DNA from: a virus
DNA length: 40,617 bases
Direction: 5' to 3' (one strand)
IMG/VR virus record: IMGVR_UViG_3300045988_087103
Coordinates: 1-40,617 of that record
Part shown: in pieces, positions 34,587 to 40,617 of the stretch
Position numbering within the stretch: position 1 is the stretch's first letter
How the letters are laid out: every line of letters begins with the position of its first letter
Translations under genes and position numbers: made by a program
The notes under the pieces: generated by a model
Told to the model about the DNA's origin: nothing
The model's database searches: none
What the model saw: the letters and a program-made list of their open reading frames with translations, nothing else

Positions 34587-34919
34587 TTAACTCATAAATA
34601 TTAGTAACGTAATGGCAATTTCCCCTTCGTACGGTGTGCCGGATAAATTACTACATTTTATAGTTGCGATATTTTTAGATACATTCGCGCTCGTTATTAC
34701 CGCTGCACTTGCGGACTTTAATTGAGCAATAACGTCACCAGCCGTTTTTTGGTACGCCGAAGATATGGTATTGAGATTTACGGTTGCTGCTCCACCTACG
34801 AATTTAAGTGTTTGGTCGGTTACTATAAGTGTTGTATTTTTATCGGAACCTAAAACGATTTTATTCATTAAAGCGGAGTTTTGTGAATTGGATTTTACAG
34901 GCAAACAATCATTTACCAA
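34587..34919 (-). CDS. Promoter-less, SD-less alternative tail-fibre C-terminal cassette (variant B)
   Basis: Minus-strand ORF with no SD. Reads ...SQNSALMNKIVLGSD... across IR-R, in the same codon phase as ...ALNSALTNGKIYNAGD... across IR-L. About 93 codons beyond the repeat versus about 94 in variant A. Confidence 0.55.
   Translation of the reverse strand: MVNDCLPVKSNSQNSALMNKIVLGSDKNTTLIVTDQTLKFVGGAATVNLNTISSAYQKTAGDVIAQLKSASAAVITSANVSKNIATIKCSNLSGTPYEGEIAITLLIFMS
34864..34881 (-). repeat. Inverted repeat IR-R (reverse complement reads AAACTCCGCTTTAATGAA)
   Basis: See IR-L. Homology continues after a 3-nt gap (TAAAAT). Confidence 0.9.
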
Positions 34920-34961
34920 AAAGTAACTTAAAATTGTAATTTAAAAGAAAGGAAAAAAACT

Positions 34962-35333
34962 ATGGAAAAAATTGTATTAAAAGATAATACAGAAATCGAA
35001 ATTTTACCAGGAGCAAGCCTGGGAGAAACCACAGTAATTGTACCAGATTTTGCAGATTTAAAAACAGTGGCAGAAGCCCTTACGAAAGAAGGGAATCTGG
35101 ATACCGTGCAGTACAAAAGCGAAGAACAGGTGACCGGAGAATATGCAAATATGAAACTGGAAACACCGCTGTTTAAATCTGTGGACTATACACAGGAAAA
35201 GAAAGTAATTGCGGTATTTGGAATTCGGGAGAAAACAGAACTGGAAAAAGAAATTGATGAAATTAAAGCGCAGCAGGCAGTCCAGGACGGAGCAATTCTG
35301 GATTTAGCCGGAATGGTAGGGGGTGAAGCATAA
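34962..35333 (+). CDS. Hypothetical protein between the fibre genes
   Basis: 123 aa, SD-like aaaggaaaaaaact. Confidence 0.55.
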   Translation: MEKIVLKDNTEIEILPGASLGETTVIVPDFADLKTVAEALTKEGNLDTVQYKSEEQVTGEYANMKLETPLFKSVDYTQEKKVIAVFGIREKTELEKEIDEIKAQQAVQDGAILDLAGMVGGEA

Positions 35334-35437
35334 TGGTAGCTTTTTATGTTATGAAAATTAAAGATGGGACGATTGACATTGACAATGTACCGGTAAGATG
35401 GAGAGAAAAAGTGGAAGCAGAACTGCAGAAAGAATAA
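35333..35437 (+). CDS. Small conserved-looking phage protein (34 aa; too short for the ORF track)
   Basis: TAATG overlap. MVAFYVMKIKDGTIDIDNVPVRWREKVEAELQKE. Confidence 0.4.
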   Translation: MVAFYVMKIKDGTIDIDNVPVRWREKVEAELQKE

Positions 35438-35446
35438 GGTGAGAAA

Positions 35447-38302
35447 ATGGTAACAGTGGTATTTAATCCAAGAGACACCAGCGCAAGTAAGTATAGCGCT
35501 TTAAGCCAGTATGATTACGGACAAGTCCTGCGCATCCAGGGCTTAAACCTTCCGGCAGCGGTGAAAATCGACTTTGCATTGCAGCCAAAAGGCGGTACAT
35601 CCGTACCCCGTATAGGGATTACCAAAGACGGGGTTACAGATGTGATTATCCCGGACAGTATGCTGGAAAACAACGACAGCACAGATGATTACAACATCTA
35701 CGCATTTGTATTTTTAACAGATGCCACCAGCGGCCAGACGGAATACCGGATTACTTTAGGGGTAAAGGCCAGACCGAAACCAGAAGTTCCAGGCGGCACA
35801 GATAACCCGGACATTTTCCACGAGGCGGTGCAGGCCGTCCGGGAGGCAGCAGAGCAGGCGGCAGAATCCGAAAAGCAGGCAGAAGGCTGGGCACATGGCC
35901 GGGAAGACCTGCCGGAGAGAGCGGAGGATAATGCCAGGTATTACGCTGGACAAGCCCAGGAAGATTCCCGGAAGACGGCAGAAGACAGAAAAGAAGTAGA
36001 ACGTCTGGTAGAATCCGTGTCCGGGATAGACGAGCAAGTGGCCAAAGTAGAGGAATTATCTAAAAACGCACAAGAAGCAACTACGCGGGCGGAAACATCC
36101 GCAGAACAGGGAGAAATACATAAGCAGGCAGCCCAAAATGCCAGCACCGCAGCACAGGCGGCAGCAGGGAAAACAGCAGAGGATAGAGCAGTCGTACAGA
36201 AAACCAAAGAAGCTGTGGAGGAATTAAGCACACAGGTACAGGAAAACAAGGACAGCGTAGATAAGACTGCAAAGGAATTTACTTTATCCGCGCAGCAGAC
36301 ACTTGCAGATGTAAACAACGCCGGACAGACCCAGACAGACCGGGTGCAGACTGCCGGAGAAACTGCCGTGCGAGATATCCAGACTGCACAGAGAACAGCT
36401 ACAGGAGCAGTAGAAACAGCAAAAACAGAAGCTGTAAAAACGGTACAGACAGAGGGTGCAACACAGACCGGGAAGGTAACCGCAGAGGGAGAAAAACAGG
36501 TACAGGCTGTCCAGGCTGCCGCCCAGGAGATTATCGCAGACCGGGGGCAGATACAGACCAACAAAACGGACATTGCAGACCTGCGGCAAAGTAAAGCAGG
36601 GGCTATTGTAGAGACGACAAAAGGCAGTATGATACAGGTTGTCGGCAGCGCAGAGGCGTTTATGGAGGGGCTTAAACTGTTCGGGAAGTCCGAACAGATT
36701 ACTACGACTGGAGCGCAGTTATTTGATGAGTCACAAATAGAACAAAACGATAGCAGAGGTTTTAAGTTTCTTAATCTCGCAGTTGGAGAAGGAAATTTTA
36801 CACTATCCTCCGATATACCCAAAAGTCCCACAGACCAAAGTGCGTATATTATGCTTATAAGCGGTAATGTAAAAGCATCAACTTCTGAAATTGCCAGCAA
36901 CTCGAATGGCGTGTATAGCGGCCAGAGCAGGACTTTCCCGTCTAAAGATGGGTATATGACTATCGCATATAGAAACGACTCAAATACCAATAACCTTGTT
37001 ACTTTTAATAAATATTGGTATATGCTTAATGCCGGAGATACTGCGAAACCATTCGAACCCTACACAGGCGGCAAACCCTCCCCTTCTCCGGATTATCCGC
37101 AGGAGATAAAAAATAATGCAGAAAATGGAGAAATAAACGCAAATGTAATTACCGGGAATCTGTTTCCTCTGAACAAATTTAAGGGATATGAGGTTAATAA
37201 TTCTGCAAAACAGATTACGTTAAACGGAGATAGAATCTTGTTTACTGGTAAAGGCACTACGGGCAAAGAAGACATGGTATTTTTCTTGAACAAAGAAGCA
37301 GATAAATTATCTCTTCCGCCGGGAAAATACACGCTGTCTTTTAAGAGCGATAAACCTTACGGCGGAACGAATGGAGAAAACACAGTTGAAATGTATTTGA
37401 TTGTAGAAAAGAAGAGTGGCACTGTATACCAGAGCACTGGAAATGCGGGCAAGCGAACAGTGGATATAGAAGACGGGGATAAAATGTATTTCCGATTCGA
37501 TATAAACAACAACTCAATGAGCGCAGAGTTTTACGATATTATGTTTAATCTGGGAGACACACCACTGCCATACGAGCCCCATGACGAACAATCTCTTGCA
37601 ATCCAGACACCAAACGGTCTTCCAGGCATCCCCGTATCGTCCGGCGGCAATTACACCGACAGCGCAGGCCAGCAGTGGGTTTGTGACGAGATTGATTTGG
37701 AACGCGGGAAGTATGTGCAGAGAATAGGTGTAGAAACTAAAAGTGGCGGGTGGACTCTTAAAGAAACGCCAGACATTCCCGGAAGATATTTACAACATAA
37801 TATAACTGCTAATAAATATAAAAGCAATAATGATATTTCGCTATGTAATATTGCATTATATTCTAGCTGGGGACAACCGCAACCGAAAAAATTTGCATTC
37901 GTACTTATAGACAAACGTATTTATATAGCACCTCCAAAAGATATGCAAATCACCGCAGATGAACTTAATGCGATTTTAAATAATTTGGATTATCCAGTAG
38001 TGGTAGCGGGGCAACTTAATACCCCAATCGAAACCGACCTGCCGCCAGAAACAATCGCCGCCTACAAAGTCCTACACACCTACTATCCAACCACAGTAGT
38101 AACCAATAACGCAAATGCAGATATGCAGCTGGATTACGTGGCAGATACAAAGCTGTATATTAAAAAAGAGTTGGAGAAAATCGTATCCACACAGATACAG
38201 AAAACAGCAAACCTACTCTCTTTAATGCCTTTATCCACCCAGGCGGCCATGATAGAGAATGACACAAACAACATCTTAGATAACATGGAGGTAGAAAAAT
38301 GA
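35447..38302 (+). CDS. Large tail fibre / receptor-binding protein
   Basis: 951 aa. Beta-rich N-terminal domain, about 250-aa Ala/Gln/Glu/Thr-rich coiled coil, AT-richer C-terminal half. Followed by an XkdX-like gene. Confidence 0.7.
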   Translation: MVTVVFNPRDTSASKYSALSQYDYGQVLRIQGLNLPAAVKIDFALQPKGGTSVPRIGITKDGVTDVIIPDSMLENNDSTDDYNIYAFVFLTDATSGQTEYRITLGVKARPKPEVPGGTDNPDIFHEAVQAVREAAEQAAESEKQAEGWAHGREDLPERAEDNARYYAGQAQEDSRKTAEDRKEVERLVESVSGIDEQVAKVEELSKNAQEATTRAETSAEQGEIHKQAAQNASTAAQAAAGKTAEDRAVVQKTKEAVEELSTQVQENKDSVDKTAKEFTLSAQQTLADVNNAGQTQTDRVQTAGETAVRDIQTAQRTATGAVETAKTEAVKTVQTEGATQTGKVTAEGEKQVQAVQAAAQEIIADRGQIQTNKTDIADLRQSKAGAIVETTKGSMIQVVGSAEAFMEGLKLFGKSEQITTTGAQLFDESQIEQNDSRGFKFLNLAVGEGNFTLSSDIPKSPTDQSAYIMLISGNVKASTSEIASNSNGVYSGQSRTFPSKDGYMTIAYRNDSNTNNLVTFNKYWYMLNAGDTAKPFEPYTGGKPSPSPDYPQEIKNNAENGEINANVITGNLFPLNKFKGYEVNNSAKQITLNGDRILFTGKGTTGKEDMVFFLNKEADKLSLPPGKYTLSFKSDKPYGGTNGENTVEMYLIVEKKSGTVYQSTGNAGKRTVDIEDGDKMYFRFDINNNSMSAEFYDIMFNLGDTPLPYEPHDEQSLAIQTPNGLPGIPVSSGGNYTDSAGQQWVCDEIDLERGKYVQRIGVETKSGGWTLKETPDIPGRYLQHNITANKYKSNNDISLCNIALYSSWGQPQPKKFAFVLIDKRIYIAPPKDMQITADELNAILNNLDYPVVVAGQLNTPIETDLPPETIAAYKVLHTYYPTTVVTNNANADMQLDYVADTKLYIKKELEKIVSTQIQKTANLLSLMPLSTQAAMIENDTNNILDNMEVEK

Positions 38303-38481
38303 ACAACACAGTAATTGTAAAACTTATGACAAATCTGATTGAAAAGAAATTTTACAAAACAAAAGACGAAGCTGTTGCCAAGCTGGATGTCTACTTTGCA
38401 ATGTCCAGAATCTCCGAAGAGGAATATGCAAAGCTTGTACTTCTGGCAGAAGAAACTTATGCAGAAAGTGAGGTAGCATAA
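38299..38481 (+). CDS. XkdX-family small protein
   Basis: 60 aa. ...KFYKTKDEAVAKLDVYFAMSRISEEEYAKL resembles the XkdX pattern. ATGA overlap. Confidence 0.6.
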   Translation: MNNTVIVKLMTNLIEKKFYKTKDEAVAKLDVYFAMSRISEEEYAKLVLLAEETYAESEVA

Positions 38482-38558
38482 TGGGATATGTACTGGCATT
38501 TGCTGCAGGAGCAGTGTTGGGAGTTGTAATTATGTGCTGCCTTCAGATTAAAAGATAG
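38481..38558 (+). CDS. Possible 25-aa hydrophobic peptide
   Basis: TAATG overlap, GAGG SD. MGYVLAFAAGAVLGVVIMCCLQIKR. Confidence 0.3.
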   Translation: MGYVLAFAAGAVLGVVIMCCLQIKR

Positions 38559-38630
38559 GAGGTAAGCGCATGGAGATATGGGCAAGACCAAAATAGCAAA
38601 AAAGAAATAATACATAGAAAGAGGTGTAGC

Positions 38631-38915
38631 ATGGACGAACAGGAAACAGCGGTAGCCCTTGCGGAAGTAAATAAGGAAATTGGTTCCTTAAAACACCGCA
38701 TGGACAACGTAGAAAGGGTAGTAAACGTAGTCCACCAGCTGGCGCAGGAAATGGTTGGATTAACAAAAGAAGTAGGTTTTATGAACCAGAATCTTGCACA
38801 GCTTACCGTAAAAGTAGCAGAACTGGAAGGAAAGCCAGCAAAGCGGTGGGAATCTGTTGTGCTGGCACTGGTGGCAGCCGCTGCCGGGGCAGTGGCGACA
38901 ATGATTTTTAAGTAA
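38631..38915 (+). CDS. XhlA-like lysis-associated membrane protein
   Basis: 94 aa. N-terminal coiled coil and C-terminal TM segment (WESVVLALVAAAAGAVATMIF). Confidence 0.6.
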   Translation: MDEQETAVALAEVNKEIGSLKHRMDNVERVVNVVHQLAQEMVGLTKEVGFMNQNLAQLTVKVAELEGKPAKRWESVVLALVAAAAGAVATMIFK

Positions 38916-38931
38916 AGGAGAGAGAATAAGC

Positions 38932-39255
38932 ATGAGAAAAGCTATGCTGAGCCAGCCTATGGCTGGGAAAACGGACGAAGAAATTAACGCAACTAGAGAC
39001 AAAGCAATTAAAGTATTGCAGGAAAATGGGTATGAGATTGTAAATACCCTTTTTACAGATGAATGGTATAGCAAAGAGAAGATGCAGGAACGTGGTGTTG
39101 TTCAGATTCCATTGTGTTTCTTGGCTAAATCTTTGGAGAATATGTCCCTGTGCCATGCTGCATATTTCTGTAAAGGATGGGAAAACGCAAGAGGATGTAA
39201 GATTGAGCATGATGCAGCAGTTGCATACGGCCTTGATATTATCTACGAAGAATAA
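38932..39255 (+). CDS. DUF4406 / nucleoside 2-deoxyribosyltransferase-like protein
   Basis: 107 aa. MLSQPMAGKTDEEIN...LCHAAYFCKGWENARGCKIEHDAAVAYGLDI fits the DUF4406 pattern (ISGPMTG...CDA.Y.L.GWE.S.GA..E...A...G). Confidence 0.55.
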   Translation: MRKAMLSQPMAGKTDEEINATRDKAIKVLQENGYEIVNTLFTDEWYSKEKMQERGVVQIPLCFLAKSLENMSLCHAAYFCKGWENARGCKIEHDAAVAYGLDIIYEE

Positions 39256-39271
39256 GGAAGGAGTAGTACAT

Positions 39272-39499
39272 ATGTTAAAGAATTGTGTATTAAAAGCAAA
39301 CGTGGATACAAAAGAGTGGTTTAAAGCGGCTGGGGTAAGAGCTGTAAAGACCATGGCACAGACCTTTGTGGCAACCGTAGGTACGGCGGCAGTATTAAGC
39401 GCAGTAGACTGGAAAGTGGTAGTATCTGCCTCTGTGCTGTCCGGTATCTTATCTGTTGCCAATTCTGTAGCAGGTATCCCGGAAGTAGAGAGTAAATAA
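39272..39499 (+). CDS. Holin (r1t-type)
   Basis: 75 aa from ATG after [59 protein letters not shown] resembles r1t-family holins. Immediately upstream of the endolysin. Confidence 0.7.
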   Translation: MLKNCVLKANVDTKEWFKAAGVRAVKTMAQTFVATVGTAAVLSAVDWKVVVSASVLSGILSVANSVAGIPEVESK

Positions 39500-39537
39500 G
39501 TTGCGCCGGCGCAACAGCCGGCAGAAAGGAAAATACT

Positions 39538-40539
39538 ATGGAAAAATTATTAATTGATGTAAGCGAACATAACGGAACTATTGACTGGGAAACAGCAAAG
39601 AACCATATTGCCGGGGCTATTATCCGCTGCGGATACGGTATGGACATGGCAAAACAGGACGATAAGCAGTGGGCAAGGAACGTGGCGGAATGTGAACGTT
39701 TGGGAATCCCTTATGGTGTGTATCTCTACTCCTATGCGACAAATACAGACCGTGCAAAGAGCGAAGCCCAGCATGTATTGCGGTTAATTAAAGGCAGAAA
39801 GCTGGCCTATCCGGTATATTTCGATATCGAAGAGCCGGGAACGGAGAGTGCGGCTGTTGCCTGTGCAAAAGCCTTCGGAGATATTATCGAGGCAGCCGGA
39901 TACTGGTGTGGTGTATATTACAATAAAGATTGGCATAATCGGGTTATTAAAGGCCAGTTAGACCGGTTCGTCCGCTGGGGTGCCGGATACGGTAGTAACG
40001 ACGGCCAGCAGCATGCCTCTTACAAGCCAAACTTCGGAGAGGACATTTGGCAGTACAGTTCCAAAGGTTCTGTTCCAGGAGTATCTGGTAACGTAGATGT
40101 AAATATCTGCTATAGAGATTATCCGGCGGAAATTTTAGGAAGTACACCAGCACCGAAGCCGGAACCACCAAAACCAACAGCGCCAACTTACAAACATAAG
40201 GTGGGAGAGCATGTAGTATTTAGTACTTGCTATTCTTCCAGTACAGACCCGAACAGTAAAGCTATCCCGGCGTCTAAAATGGCAAAGAACCACGGCGTCA
40301 TTACGAAGATTCAGTCCGGCGCGAAGAATCCGTACCTGTTGGACAATGGCCTTTGCTGGGTAAATGACGGCGATATCCGCGGAGCATACCAGGCAGCACA
40401 GTATTACACGGTAAAATCCGGAGATACCCTTTCCGGTATTGCTGCCAAGTACGGAACCACTTACCAGCAGCTGGCACAGCTTAACGGCATTGCAAATCCG
40501 AGTAAGATTTATGCGGGACAGAAATTAAGGGTAAAATAA
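39538..40539 (+). CDS. Endolysin: GH25 muramidase with a C-terminal LysM domain
   Basis: 333 aa. [16 protein letters not shown]...[12 protein letters not shown] is GH25-like. Pro-rich linker. [30 protein letters not shown]...IYAGQKLRV is LysM. Confidence 0.9.
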   Translation: MEKLLIDVSEHNGTIDWETAKNHIAGAIIRCGYGMDMAKQDDKQWARNVAECERLGIPYGVYLYSYATNTDRAKSEAQHVLRLIKGRKLAYPVYFDIEEPGTESAAVACAKAFGDIIEAAGYWCGVYYNKDWHNRVIKGQLDRFVRWGAGYGSNDGQQHASYKPNFGEDIWQYSSKGSVPGVSGNVDVNICYRDYPAEILGSTPAPKPEPPKPTAPTYKHKVGEHVVFSTCYSSSTDPNSKAIPASKMAKNHGVITKIQSGAKNPYLLDNGLCWVNDGDIRGAYQAAQYYTVKSGDTLSGIAAKYGTTYQQLAQLNGIANPSKIYAGQKLRVK

Positions 40540-40544
40540 AAAGA

Positions 40545-40567
40545 ATCCCCGGCGGCCAGCCGGGGAT
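40545..40567 (+). terminator. GC-rich hairpin after the endolysin gene (no strong U-tract)
   Basis: ATCCCCGGC (40545..40553) pairs with GCCGGGGAT (40559..40567), 5-nt loop. Confidence 0.45.
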
Positions 40568-40617
40568 TAATATTGTATCATCTTCTTCATTATTTCTATG
40601 TTCTTACAATAAGGTCA
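40563..40617. repeat. Terminal direct repeat copy 2
   Basis: Exact 55-nt match to 1..55, ending at the window edge. Confidence 0.9.

Larger units (their letters stand above)
34294..34881. other. Putative invertible DNA segment (about 588 bp) carrying two convergent alternative fibre C-termini
   Basis: IR-L and IR-R bracket the 3' end of the + fibre gene and a start-less minus-strand ORF. The stop codons are 7 nt apart. Confidence 0.6.

Noticed and set aside
35161-35178. AAACACCGCTGTTTAAAT as a third copy of the inversion repeat (multi-cassette shufflon)
   Set aside because: It resembles the core only loosely, with one mismatch plus a 2-nt insertion. It is in direct orientation inside an ordinary SD-preceded gene, so it is most likely coincidental.
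35941-36990. 349-aa minus-strand ORF, and similar long antisense ORFs at 33359..34135, 29276..30106, 10770..11573, 26806..27456, 20171..20872, 19099..19719 and 7190..7732
   Set aside because: All lie fully inside well-supported + strand genes. They have Cys/Ser/Phe-rich low-complexity translations and no SD. They are typical shadow ORFs of repeat-rich or GC-richer coding sequence.
33590-38302. Diversity-generating retroelement targeting the fibre genes
   Set aside because: No reverse transcriptase gene and no template/variable repeat pair with adenine-specific differences were seen anywhere in the window.
1-40617. 55-nt terminal direct repeats as prophage attL/attR
   Set aside because: The repeats coincide exactly with the window ends and there is no flanking host DNA. 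The adjacent integrase is a serine recombinase, which would not generate a 55-bp duplication. A circular-assembly overlap explains them better.

Overview
The window looks like one complete, circularly closed genome of a temperate siphovirus-type phage from a low-GC Gram-positive host. The host call is an inference from AGGAGG-type ribosome-binding sites, XkdX/XhlA/r1t-type holin lysis genes and a GH25-LysM endolysin. The first 55 nt are identical to the last 55 nt, so the unique length is about 40,562 bp. Almost all genes are on the + strand. In order: a lysogeny module (large serine recombinase, an AT-rich island with a membrane-anchored FtsK-gamma/Mrr-type nuclease gene, three XRE-type HTH genes around divergent consensus promoters). 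Then a replication/early module: HUH rolling-circle Rep, RNase H-like protein, SSB, NdpA-like nucleoid protein, PAPS-reductase-like protein and many small zinc-ribbon ORFs. A stand-alone tyrosine recombinase and a strong terminator follow. The late module holds a TerS-TerL fused terminase, portal, head morphogenesis protein, a small moron plus a tRNA-Val-like gene, scaffold, major capsid, connectors, major tail, chaperones, tape measure, tail tip and fibres. A lysis cassette closes the genome. The strongest finding is an apparent DNA-inversion switch in a tail-fibre gene: in-frame inverted repeats bracket two convergent alternative C-terminal cassettes. Second is the HTH-linked membrane FtsK-gamma/Mrr nuclease, a candidate superinfection-exclusion or defence gene. 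All functional calls rest on motifs recognised by eye and on gene order; no database search was run.
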